DNA from: Camelus ferus
Taxonomy: Eukaryota
DNA length: 64,000 bases
Assembly: GCF_009834535.1 (NCBI RefSeq)
Contig: NC_045697.1
Location: forward strand, 22,384,001-22,448,000
Direction of reading: 5' to 3'
Part shown: positions 12,113 to 23,806 of the stretch, one piece after another
Layout: each line of letters opens with the position of its first letter
Position numbering within the stretch: position 1 is the stretch's first letter
Program-made: the position numbers and the translations under genes
The notes under the pieces: generated by a model
Databases searched by the model: none
Seen by the model: the letters and a program-made list of their open reading frames with translations, nothing else
What the model was told of the DNA's origin: nothing

Positions 12113-13685
12113 TTATGTTTCCTTTTTAAGAATGATGTTTGCTGTAGATTTGTTCAGAAACTTTTAATATGATTGAAGAAGTTTTCACCCATTCATATTT
12201 TACTGAGGTGTTTTATTATGATTATGTGTTGAATCTTGTCAACTGCTTTTTCTGCATATATTGAAATGATCATACTTTTTTTTTCTCCTTTGTTCAGTTA
12301 ACATGGTGAAATGTAGTCATTTGTTTTTGTATGTTAAACCAATCTTGTATTCCTGAAATAAGCCATACTTGTTTGTAATACATTATCCTTTTTATAAATT
12401 GCTGGATTTGACTTACTAATTTTCTGTAAGAGTTATTTATATAAGTTATTGAGGAATAGTGTCTTGGAACTTTTTAATAATGTCTTTGGTTTTTATACCA
12501 GGGTCATGCTGGCCTCACAGAATGAGTTTGGAAATGCTCCCTCATCATTTATTTTCTGAAGGAATTTTTATAACATTGGCATTATTTCCTTCTAAAATAT
12601 TTAATTGGACTTAGTAAAACCTTCTGGGCCTGGAGATTACTTTGCACTGACGATTTTTGTTTATTTGTTATGATTGTTTTTATATATGTTTTTACAAGCT
12701 CAAAAATTTAAAATAACTATATGAATGTTCAGATTTTCTACTCTTTTTTATATAATTCTGGTAAATTACATTTTTTAAAAGGCGTTTGTCCACTTCATGT
12801 AAGTTGCCCAATGTGTAGGCATACAATTTCTTGTTATCATTTTAGTTTCTTTATTATCTCTCATCATGGCCCCTCTTTAATTCTTGATGTTGTTAATTTG
12901 TTTTTTTCTTGATCAATCTTGCAAAATTTATCAATTTTTAAAATAGCAACTTTTGATTTTGTTGATTTAGTCTATTGTTCTGTTTGTTTTATTGATTTCT
13001 AGTCTTTTATTTGTTAATTTATTTTTTCTAATTAATTTTTCACATACAATTGCTATTCTTTTTTTTAATCTTCTATGGTAGAAACTTAGGTCATTGATTT
13101 TACATCTTTATTCTTTGCTGAAAAGGGCTCAGAAAAGTGCTACATTTCTTTAATAACTGCTTTAGGTGTATCTTACAAATTTTATGTATTATTTTCATTA
13201 TTATTATTGTTGAAATATTTTCTATTTTGCTTTATGTTTTTTGTAGAAATTATTTAGAAATGCATTGCTTAATTTGCAGATATTCATGAATTATCTACAC
13301 ATCTGATTATCATTGATTTCTCATTTTACATTATTTTAGGCAGAGAATATGCTTTGTATATTTTGGTCCTTTGAAATTTACTGAGTTTTACTTTTTGGCT
13401 CAAAATATGGTTGATCTTGGTGAGTGTTCAATATGCACTTGAACAAAAATTGTGAATTTCATTCTTGTTGGGTATAGTAATCTTTACATGGCAAATAAAT
13501 TGGTTGACAATCCTACTCAAATCCTCCATGCCATACGAATTTTTTTCAGCTTAAAAAAAATCAATTCCCATGAAGTATGGTATATATCCAACTAGGATTG
13601 TGGTTTTATCTTTTTCTATCTTTAGTTCTGTCATTTTTTCCCTATACTTTAATATTATTTGTATAATAATTTTTATAATAGTATA

Positions 13686-13770
13686 GATACATATGTAGCC
13701 ACACATACACACACATGTATATTAACACACATATACTTACAAATGCATACATACACATACATTTATACAA
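13686..13770. repeat. Degenerate (CA/TA/CATA)n low-complexity tract
   Basis: acacatacacacacatgtatattaacacacatatacttacaaatgcatacatacacatac. Confidence 0.7.
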
Positions 13771-14556
13771 ATAAACATAATTTTAAAAATCTGCTTTATT
13801 TTGTGCACATGAATACCCTTGTTGGTGTTTTTATTTCTTTCTTAATGTCCAGACTTCCATTTTCTGGCATTTTCCTTCAGCATGAAGAACTAATTTTGTC
13901 ATATTATGCAGTAAATTTCTTCTAGAAGCATATACTTTCAGCTCTGTCTGTCTGAAAAAAGTCCTTATTTTATTTTCATGTTTGAAGGATATTTTCACTG
14001 GAGATAGAATTCTTGTTTCACTTTTTTTTCTTTAAATTCTTAAAAACTCTGTTTCATTGCCCTCTGATCTTAACTGTTTCTGATCAGATGTCTGCCTTAA
14101 CTCATTATTGTTCTGCGTGTTATGTGCTTTTTTGTCTTTGCCTGGTGATGAAATTTTCTATTTATGTTCACTTTATAGCCCTTTAACTGTGAAGGGCTTA
14201 GGTATAGTTTTTGTTGTAGGTATTTTGTGTGAGGTTCACTGACCATCTTGGATATAGCATGCATAGGTTAAAGTATTTTTATTATATTTAGAAAAGAATC
14301 TTAGCCCTTATCTTTTCAAATATTCCCTCCACCCTATTCCTGTTCTTAACTTCTTCTGGGAGCTCTATTTCACTGTCTGTACCCGTATTTCTATACATAT
14401 CTTTAGCTAGGCCCATGTCTACAATAATCTAGCAATACATACTTTCTCCATTTATTCTTCCTTCCCACTAGGAAAATGTATACTTATATTTGTAATTTTG
14501 AGGTTTCAGAAATGCTTCTTGAGGTTAAGCAATTCCAAGAATAGGATAAATCATAC

Positions 14557-14714
14557 CTTCAGTAGCCAAAAGTGAACCCAACAAGAGAAAAAAGTACAAA
14601 AATAACAGCAAATAATAAATTGGGGATGCTGAGTGAGTTTGATGATTTCTCATCTTCATGTCTAACATCCTTGAGATGGCTAAGAGAAACAGAAGATACG
14701 AGGTTGGCAGATTT
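14557..14714 (-). other. Candidate exon with signal-peptide-like reading frame (unverified)
   Basis: Minus strand tctttatatttag|AAATC...CTGAAG|gtatga; ATG at 14668 (A at -3) reads MLDMKMRNHQTHSASPIYYLLLFLYFFLLLGSLLATE then a phase-1 donor. No partner coding exon identified. Confidence 0.25.
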
Positions 14715-15861
14715 CTAAATATAAAGACATGTTAAAAAAAATGTAAAGAATGAAACTTTAATTGCGAATGTATTATAGTGTGTTATGTTTTCACTTTTTT
14801 GATGAACTTTTTTAAATTTATTACCTTTTAATATGTTCATTTCCACTGAGGACTTTTTAATTTATATTAATCAAAATACCTCAAAGTAAAAGATAATAAT
14901 ACATGGAATTTAGTGTGTCTATATATTACACAAATTTTGAAATGCCTACCTGAGGTGGTTAAATGTTTCTTCATTTCAGTCAAGCACAAAATAGTTTGTT
15001 AGTCAATAAAAGAGTATCTTTAAATAGAATGACAAAAAGCTCTCAAATGACTGAGTTTGATGTTATTTATCCTCCATTATTGAATTAACCCAGGCACAGA
15101 TTTTAAATAAAAACAAATATGTCATGTGGGTTACTTGAAATCATTACACTAAGTAGAGTGCTCTCTGTTTTAATAAGGCTAAGATACAGAATCTTGGCAC
15201 GAACTAAAATTCCATAACTAGCAACATTCTTATATTTATAAAATAGTTATATGAATATTATATGAACATAATAGTCAACTGATAATTGACTATTAAGGGC
15301 AGATACTAACAACTGTACCATAAATTCTATTTAAAAATTTTACACTGGGTCTTGAAGGGGTAACGACAGAACAGGTTTCAAGGATCTATAGGCTGATTTA
15401 AAATGGAAATAATTGTAAGTATTGCATACAATCATTCAGTGTGATATACTGATTTGTCTACTCAGACGCCTGGACTTTAAAATTCCTTCTCTGTCCTCCA
15501 GTATATATTTACCAGAAAAGTAACATCTTCTTTCTTTTTTCATTAAGTACTGACTACTCCTCTCCACTTCTCTCTTTATTTTCTTATTTGAAACACTATT
15601 TAACTGATCTGGGGGTGAATAAAAGACCCAATTTGAGTAAGTTTTGTTCACAAGGAAACTGGACCGGGGCTGAGAGCTATCTGACATGTAAAGATGGAGG
15701 AGCCTGCGTATGAGGAGAAGGAGGAAAATGAGGGAGAAACAAGGATGGACAAAACTGAGAGAGTTCTGATGACATCTGACTCTTAAAGTCACTTCCTATG
15801 ACCCAGCGTTGTCCTGAGCCTACCCGTAAAATGTTCTTGTATTTTGAAGACACTTTCCACA

Positions 15862-16236
15862 TGTTTAAGTTGGCATGAATGGGTGCTGAGATAAACTGAT
15901 GCCCATTCAAATTTTCAGTTTATTTGAATATACATCAATTTCAACGGGGCAGTGCCAAAGCAAAGTGGTTAGGAATGACTCCCCTGACAGGGGAAGACAG
16001 GGGAAATGTTTATACAGAGACTGTGCAGAAGCAAAGCCAAAAAAAAAAAAAAAAAAAAAAATTGATTGGTTAAAGCTTCATTGGTTGCCGTATTTGGGAA
16101 AGCCTAGTTGGTTGTTCTCAAGTTTCACTTTCTCAAATTCAAGTGCGTTGATTCTGGCTTAGGTTTTGGTTTTGCTTACTACCAAGGAACTGCAGCCACC
16201 TCAGTCTAATGGCCTCCTTGTTTAGTTACTTTAACA
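15862..16236 (-). mobile_element. ERV1-class solo LTR (MER89/MER110-like) interrupting an older MLT1 fragment
   Basis: Reverse complement starts TGTTAAAGTAACTAAACAAGGAGGCCATTAGACTGAGGTGGCT; flanks (15640-15825, 16237-16278 gggtttctgtcatttgcaaccgagagtcctgaataat) are MLT1J/K-like. Left boundary approximate. Confidence 0.7.
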
Positions 16237-16429
16237 TGGGTTTCTGTCATTTGCAACCGAGAGTCCTGAATAATGCAATCACCTGCAGCAAATGAGACCA
16301 ATGACATTTCCTCTCGTAAATGATTTCCAGTAACACACATGCATCGGTTTCATCTTTACCACAAAGCTCCAGAAGTCCTTATACAAAATATCTGGTTCTC
16401 TTGATATTACCTACTTCATTGTGTTTTCT

Positions 16430-16880
16430 TTTTTTCTTTTCTTTTTTATTGCCTGAATGTGTGCACAAATACAAAAAGGCACTGAGAATAACATAACAAT
16501 ACATATAATCGTATCTCCTTTAAAACAATCCCTGCCCATGTTTCCAGAGACAAATACCGTCAGCAGGTCAGTGTATACAGTTCTAGTCTGTGTTTATCCT
16601 TCTACCTACCAGTATGTTTATAAGAATTTTAGTTCAGAGAGTGAAATTAAAAAAATACGGATAATAATGTGACTCAATTTTTCACTTTTTATTTTGTTCT
16701 TGAAGTCTCTTCCTCATTTTCTGTGTGTGTGTACGTATGTGCATCTCCATATATATCTCTCATTGTATACATTATTGTTAATTGTTCCATTAGTATTGTA
16801 CATTCTAGTCATCTATTTCTCTAATGATGGGCATTGAGTTATTTCTAACTTAGTTACTACAAACAATGCTGTGATTGATC
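16430..16880 (-). mobile_element. Old L1ME 3' fragment
   Basis: tctaatgatgggcattgagttatttctaact..ttactacaaacaatgctgtgat. Confidence 0.55.
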
Positions 16881-19747
16881 ACCCTCCCTAAGTTCAGCCA
16901 TCTGCTCAGATTTCTACCACCAGATGATTGTCATCATGGTTCTGGATTCACATTCTAATTGCTTGGCTGGCCATTCTCCCATTATTCTTACCTGGACCTC
17001 TCCTCATGTGCCCCTCTCACCATGGTAAATGCTCTCAGCACTCAATTCCTGAAGAAAGGACTTTGGGAGATGAGCTAATTCAGGATCCTGAAACTGAAGC
17101 CTACCTGGATCTTTCTCTGATCAAGTAGTTTGGACAAGATCATGAATTAAATAAAAGCATTATTACCTCTTATGGTTTCTAGTTTTTCCTGCTCAACCAG
17201 TGGCTATTATCAATACAGAATTTGGAGTTTGTGTACCTCATTTAAAATGGCTTGGCTATTAATTGCTGCTCTCATCAGTATTTCTCACGAATCAGGTTTA
17301 GAAATGACAGATATTATTTTTGTTTTCCCTAATACTTGTTTTTGATATTGTAGGTAAATTCAACTCAAGAGGAAGAAAGCAGCTGGGAATTGTTTGAACA
17401 ACAATAGGTTCTCTAGTTCTGTAATAAAATATTGTGACTTTGTTGACGATTATCTACGGTCAATTCGCTCTGAAAAAAAAAAGAATCAATATGGACTGGA
17501 ATCACCAGGACCCTACTTAGGATGGTGTCTGCATTATTACAGCCTTGTTATATTTCACCATTGAGTATATGCCTGCCGTTTCTCCGTTGGATTCTCACCC
17601 ACGGTGGTTTAAGATTGCATATTTAAAAACACGTGCCCAGGCCCTGAAACATTTAAATGTGATAAAAATCAATTTTACCTACGTGATTCCCAGCTGAATG
17701 CCACTTCTGATGTACATCAGCTTCAAACGAAATTAAAAGATAAGTAACATGATTACAGTCAGATTAGCTTGTCTAGGCAGACAAACGAGATTGTAGAGTT
17801 GTCTGAGTGAAGACACTCACTTCCTAGTGAGACCAGTTTACATCACATTAAACAAAAATGAGTTTCCAATAGGAGTGCTGTGTAACAAAATGGGTAAGTG
17901 GGAAACTGTACCCTTGTGACCAAATACGAGTCAGGGAAATTCTGTTATTTTGTGACGATTTGAGAATTTACCGCCTGTCAGAAATCTTTATAGAAAAAAA
18001 TGGAATTATTCTCTGAGATTTGCTGCTTAAGCTGAGAGAAATATTTTTTTGATTAGTAGAACTCAGGAAAGTCAAGAGGGGAACACTGATTAGGGAAAAA
18101 TCTTGAATCCCAAGTTATTATTCTACATTGTAAAATAGGAAAATGAATAATATTCAGAGGGTTACTCATGACAAGGGTCACATCTAACTAGAAAAGAGGT
18201 GCATACATGAATGATTACTAACTAGATGGTGGACAAGAATGGGGTGGGCTCAGCTTCAATTATCACGATAACTTCAGTGGGGAAAAAAGCTCTTGACTCT
18301 ATCTAATCATAAAATACCTTTTATTGTTTTGGACCAAGGGAGAAAGAAAAAAGAAAAAAAAAAAAGCAAGTAAAGATGTATAGGACAGGTAGAAAATAAC
18401 TTGGCAATGTTTATCCAAGCAAGTGTGATAACACCATCGTAAGCCATTTTCTTTTTAGTCTGTAATTATTTTGGTTATAAAGAAAAACTATTCAGGAAAT
18501 TGAAATTATTTAAGTGCCTTCATGATTGGACAATAGTATAGGTGCCTTGATGATTGGACGACTCCATGAATAAGAATGCTTTAGGGGCAAATTTTAGAAA
18601 TAAAAAAATATTGAAAATAAGTGAAGCCCATGACAAAGCTATTGCAGTTAGAATAAGGGACGTAACAGGAAGGAAGGGAGTCTTGTGAAAGTGAGCCTGA
18701 AACAAGAGAGTTATTTTTACACCACAACAGAATAGCCAATTCTCCTCATATTTTGGTCATCAATGTCCATTTCCCCAAACACCAGTTCTGTCTTTCTAAA
18801 AAATATCTTACAATTGCAAAGTTCCCGTGCGTCAAGATTTTTTTTCAAATTGCAGAGAAACTGAGGGGAACATATAGGGTATTTAGTAGGGTATTTAGAA
18901 TAATTTGCTGACAAAAGTATTATAGAGCATCTATTTAGAATTTATCATTTTCCCTAATGTTTGCATTGTTTACAAAAAGAAAGAAAACTATCAGGTGAAT
19001 CATATGTCACTGCCTTCAACTGACCTTCTTAAGGAAAGTGCAATTATATCTTTTCTTCACAAAATGTGTAAAAGGAAAAGCAAATGCAGGGAAATGATTG
19101 TCAGGGAGGAATCGTGGGAAATATTTCAAGTAGATATTTTTCTTCTTCTAAATATAAACCAAATACCTTGTAGCCTTAATTTCAGTAAAGCCCAGTTGTA
19201 TATATAACCTGAATATCACAGATTGCACATGCCAGCATATTAAGAAACTCTTCGATCTCTGATTTAGGTCTATTTTTAAATTAAGCAGAAATACATTACC
19301 AGAGAAATGTGAAGCACTCAGCTGAGTGCTCATTAGGAAAAAGCAGACATAAAGCTTTTACAAAGCACAGTAATCCTCATGAATATGTTTTGACAAATAT
19401 TGCTATCAATCATTGGTTACTCCTTTTGTGGTCTGGATGTTTAATTGCTAGTAGTTCTTTCCAGAAGTCAACCGTTGGCTCACTTTTCAGTAAATGACTT
19501 TAAATGAAAGTCTTTCTAGAGCAAATTAACTTAATTTCTATGCAGTGATGTGTTTTATGAGCAGTTTGGAAGTGAAACAACCATCTTGGAAAGTATCAGC
19601 CTTGAAGCCATAGCCAAAGGGAAAAAAAATTATTTCAGCTTTCATGGATCTTTGAATATAAATGCACATTTTTTTCTGGCCCTCTAACTTTATTTCTCCT
19701 CTTGGTTTCTCTCTTGTTTTTTCCTCTATGCTACAATTTTCTCGTCT

Positions 19748-19875
19748 AAAAAATAGGCTTAATAATATTTCCTCATGTGGTTGTTGTGATGATTGAATGA
19801 GTTAATCTATACACAAAGCCTAGTGTATTGCCTAATCCGTAGTAAATGCCCAAATAATGTCCATTGCCATTATTC
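19748..19875 (+). mobile_element. MIR core/3' end
   Basis: aaaataggcttaataatatttcctcat..ggttgttgtgatgattgaatgagttaat..gtagtaaatgcccaaataatgt. Confidence 0.75.
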
Positions 19876-19948
19876 ATCTTATCCAGCACAAACCAGACTT
19901 ATTCCCCATAATGTAATGTCAACTCGGTTATACTATGTCAAATGTGTG

Positions 19949-20361
19949 TGTAATAGGAAAACAAGTTAATAACTAAAGGAATGTTGCCTATAAGCTTAAG
20001 TTATACATAATGGCCCATCTCTGGGAACCCTGCCTCCCAGGGAATGAGCATTAAGCTAAAATGCCTTTGTTTAACTCACAAGAAACAGCCTGACCAGACC
20101 CACCTGTGAATGGTGGCAGGAAGGATGAAATTAACACACCCTATCTGGAGTCTGGCTGGAACCAGGATTCACCCCCTCCCCTTTAGGTATAAAAGAAGCC
20201 TGAATTCTAACCCTGGGAAGATGGTTCTTTAGTACACTAGCCCACCATCTTCTAGGTCTGCTGGCCTTCTGAATAAAGTCGCTATTCCTCACCCTCGCAA
20301 CTCATCTCACAATTTATTGGCCTGTCGTGTGGCGAGCAGTATAAGCTTGGACTTGGTAGCA
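19949..20361 (+). mobile_element. Intact ERV1-class solo LTR (LTR39-like, artiodactyl)
   Basis: TG...CA termini, tgtg duplicated on both sides, TATA (tataaaa, about 20188), AATAAA (about 20272), 3' end ttattggcctgtcgtgtggcgagcag..agcttggacttggtagca. Confidence 0.85.
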
Positions 20362-21764
20362 TGTGTGTCGTGGCATTGTCACAGGATTACTTGTGATAAC
20401 TAATGGTTATCTTTTTCCAGTGTGTGTCAAATAGTGCTCATTTAGCATAATTTATACACCAAGGCAAGCGTATCTGAGACGCCCTTGTGATTTAAAGTCT
20501 TTTTGAATTATTGGTAGTCCACCATACTTAGGGAGCTAAGTGAAGCTATTTGGTCAGTAATTTCCACAGGGCTTTGCTTTCCACTCCATACCTCCCCCCC
20601 CCCCAAATAGTCTCTCCTTCTCTTTCTCCCCAATCTCCCTCTCACTTTCTATTTTAACTTTCACTTAAGATTGCATTTCATTCTTTATATTGTATTTGAC
20701 TCTATTGGTTGAAAGATTTTATGTTTCTAAACCACTATTTTGAGCCATAAATTCATCCAGGAATTAGACATTCTTGATTAAGATAACTCTGCCACGTTTT
20801 AGCCTATCCAATCCCACCTCCCGTTCAGGCTTCCGTGCTATTTTCCTAGGATAGAACTTTTGTCACTCTGGTTTCCTCTGTCTTTTAAAATACAAAGTTC
20901 AGTGAATGCTTTGCTTTATCAATTGGTTTCTCCTTCATTTCATGTTTTATGTGTGGCACTGTCTGGTTCAGGACCATGACTTCGGCTGGAGATAACCATG
21001 ATCTTAGATTTCTGTCACTCGCCATTCCAAATTGTAAAGAATTGTTCCTGCAAAGCAGATCCAGAGCTATTTATTAATACCCTTCCTGTAATGTACCTTG
21101 GGCAATTTTAAACTTAGTTTTTCTCCTTGGTTATGTGCCTTCTGCATCCACACTTAAAACCAAAACATTTTTGTTTATCTGAATGCCTGAGTCTTTAGTC
21201 AATTCTCACATGTTTAACTTGCTTAAATCAACAGGAAGCTTTTTGATAAAAGGTGAGTTGCTATTTCTCTGTGATTCATTGTTTATAGGAAAGCATGACT
21301 GTGTGAGTGCTAAGGTTTTGTACTTGTTTGAGTTCACTTGTGTTTTGAATTATCACCTTGACTCATGCATAACACTGATAAATTTTATTTTCCCTAGTAA
21401 ACATCTTGGTTTAAGTTATGTTACTCATTCCCAATTCTTAAAAAAAAAAAAATCTTGTTTTAAGAGATTATTTTCCTTGAACGTACAAAGCAATGTAAAG
21501 TTCTCATCTTTCAAAAAATGTTTGGAATAATCATGAAACTTATTTCCCTCTGTCTGCCAGGTTATTATACCCTGGAGACATAATTAAGGAGACTCAGGGT
21601 CCAGCTGGTAAAGGAACTGTTAGTGCTTAGCTCACTAATAAGGGCTTTTCCAGAGAGTTTTAAGGAGAAAAAATTCTCTGATTCTTAGTATAAAGAAGTC
21701 CTTGAAATATCCTAAATTTTTTTCTTTAAGAGGATGGCTAAATACACTCACTGTAGTATTCCTT

Positions 21765-22165
21765 ATTGTGGAATACTGTGCAGCATTTAAAAAGAATGAC
21801 GTATGTCAGGATGTAGAAGCAAAAAGCATTTCTAAGAAATAGTGTGTAAAAATAAGAAGTTGCAGAAAAATATGTAACAGTGATATAATTCATATTATAT
21901 AAACATTATATATCAACTATCTACCTATCTATCTATCACAAACCAAAATAGTAAGGGTCCATCTGTGGATGCATGGGATATGTGTGTAAATGTAGAACTA
22001 TCTCAGGAAAAATACTCAACTAATGCATGTGGGGCAGGGCCAGTAGGAGATATATTGGATAGCAATTAGAAGACAAAGGAGAACAGATTTATTTCTAATT
22101 CTTGAATTTTTAAAGAATAATGTATTTATATGTTACTTTAGTATCTGAAAATTGACTTAAAAAAG
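21765..22165 (+). mobile_element. Old L1ME 3'UTR fragment
   Basis: tggaatactgtgcagcatttaaaaagaatga..aagttgcagaaaaatatgta. Confidence 0.6.
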
Positions 22166-22460
22166 CATTTGTATAACAGGCACTATACTTTCAATTTTCT
22201 CCCACTCCCTTCCTGTCATATCTTCAAAGAGGTTAGTAAGCATTTTATTTGAACAGGACATTCAACATGTAAGTTTAACTTAAAATGAACACTAAAATTT
22301 TAAGATTCTATAAGATGAAGAGTCCATAAGAACCATAAGTTTTGTATGATCAGTTATTTAGTTGAAACCGTTCTTTTTTTTTTATCATCATCATCAACAC
22401 TATCCATTTTTGCAAATTGATGATCATAAATGCAAATGTATATATGCATATCCAAATATA

Positions 22461-22464
<4 letters not shown>

Positions 22465-22488
<24 letters not shown>
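22465..22488. repeat. (TG)12 microsatellite
   Basis: Direct reading. Confidence 0.95.
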
Positions 22489-22491
<3 letters not shown>

Positions 22492-23109
22492 AAGATAAAG
22501 AGCCTGGAAACGCAAATAATCCATAAAAGTTGATCATTTGTGTTGTTTTGGGATGTTAGGACAGATACATTTAAACATTAACTGACAATAAAAAGGAGCA
22601 TATCCTAGAGGCAAAATGAGTAGTAAACACAAGGATTAAGTGCATTCTGAACCGTATGAGACAGATATGATTGAAAGATGGTACCGTGGGTGATATCTCA
22701 AACAACAAAGTTTCCTAAGTGAGAGAATGTAAATGTACTCTCACTAGATAGTATGAAACGAATAAAGGGTTGATACGACAGCACATGGTATGTTCAGAGA
22801 ATGTTAAATAGACATTCTGATATGATAATATTTTTGTATAAGATCAATGAATATGCTGCCTTTTAGGAAAAAACTATTTCAAATTCAAGTGTCTTATAAG
22901 CTTCAATAATGTGTATCTCTTGGCCTTAGTTTCTTCCCTCTAAAATGTGAAGATTTCGACAAAAGGGCACTATGGTTGCTTTGAGGTATGTACTTTCAGA
23001 TAGAGGTTTTGTTTCTAGATTCTCGAGTCTTGGACTGAGCATATCAGAGAGTAATCAAAGCCCAGTGTAGTCTAAGCTTGATGCAAAATATAAAATAATG
23101 GGGAGAAAA

Positions 23110-23336
23110 ATGGGCCAGGAATCGGGAGATCTGGATTATGGTTCCAGCTTGGTCACTCAGCAGTTGTGAGAATGGAGATAGGACCCTTAAAAATTTTGGA
23201 CTTCAGTTTCTTCCTTTATAATGTTGGGATAATAATTCTCAATCATATTTCAAGCCTGTAGTGTCAATCAACAACTTACTGTATGCAAGTGCTTGGTAAA
23301 TTTTAAAATGTTCTTATGTGTAAAGCTATTATTATT
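23110..23336 (+). mobile_element. MIR
   Basis: ggaatcgggagatctggatt..tcactcagcagttgtga..cttcagtttcttcctttataatgttgggataataat. Confidence 0.7.
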
Positions 23337-23479
23337 AAATCCAAACATTGGTGATAAAAATGTAAAGCACTCTAGGCACACTGTCCTCTTATTATTCCTT
23401 GACAATGATAAGCAAGATCTGTTCCCCTCCTTTGCATACTGGACCAGCTGTGTCTGGTAAGCTCTTTGACAGGATTATC

Positions 23480-23806
23480 TGCAAGGCTCATTCTCTTACT
23501 TTAAATGTCTACTGAAATGTCACCTTATCAGAGAGGCCTCCCTTCCCTGACATCCTCTATCAATTAGCAACACTCACCCAGGTACCACTATCTCCCTTAC
23601 CATGCCTTATTTTATATTAACAACTGAAACTTTATCACATTCTTCATATATCTAATTTTTCTATCTAATACTCCTTTCCCCCAACACACACAAGTGTAAA
23701 ATCCATCAGAACAGTGATTTTGGTTTGGTTTTCTGTGGATCTCTTGTCCCTGGAAGAGTGCTTGACATATGGCAGGCACACAATAAATATTTATTGAATG
23801 ACTGAG
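23480..23806 (+). mobile_element. L2 3' end (L2a-like)
   Basis: aaatgtcaccttatcagagaggcctcccttcc..gagtgcttgacatatggcaggcacacaataaatatttattgaatgactga. Confidence 0.8.

Larger units (their letters stand above)
10195..14370 (-). mobile_element. Long, old, fragmented L1 (L1M/L1ME-like), antisense, about 4 kb
   Basis: T-rich strand with antisense L1 motifs in order (tttaatttacattt..gatgatta..atgttgag; ttttaattttgatgaagtccaat; ttgaaaatcaattgacca; tttacttcttcctttccagtctggatgcc; gctggcctcacagaatgagttt; tttgaaggatattttcactgg). No ORF survives. Confidence 0.85.

Noticed and set aside
18875..18898. Tandem 12-mer tagggtatttag x2 (similar doublets at 24528-24556 and about 63646-63673)
   Set aside because: Ordinary slippage duplications; two copies only, no spacer array, not CRISPR- or telomere-like
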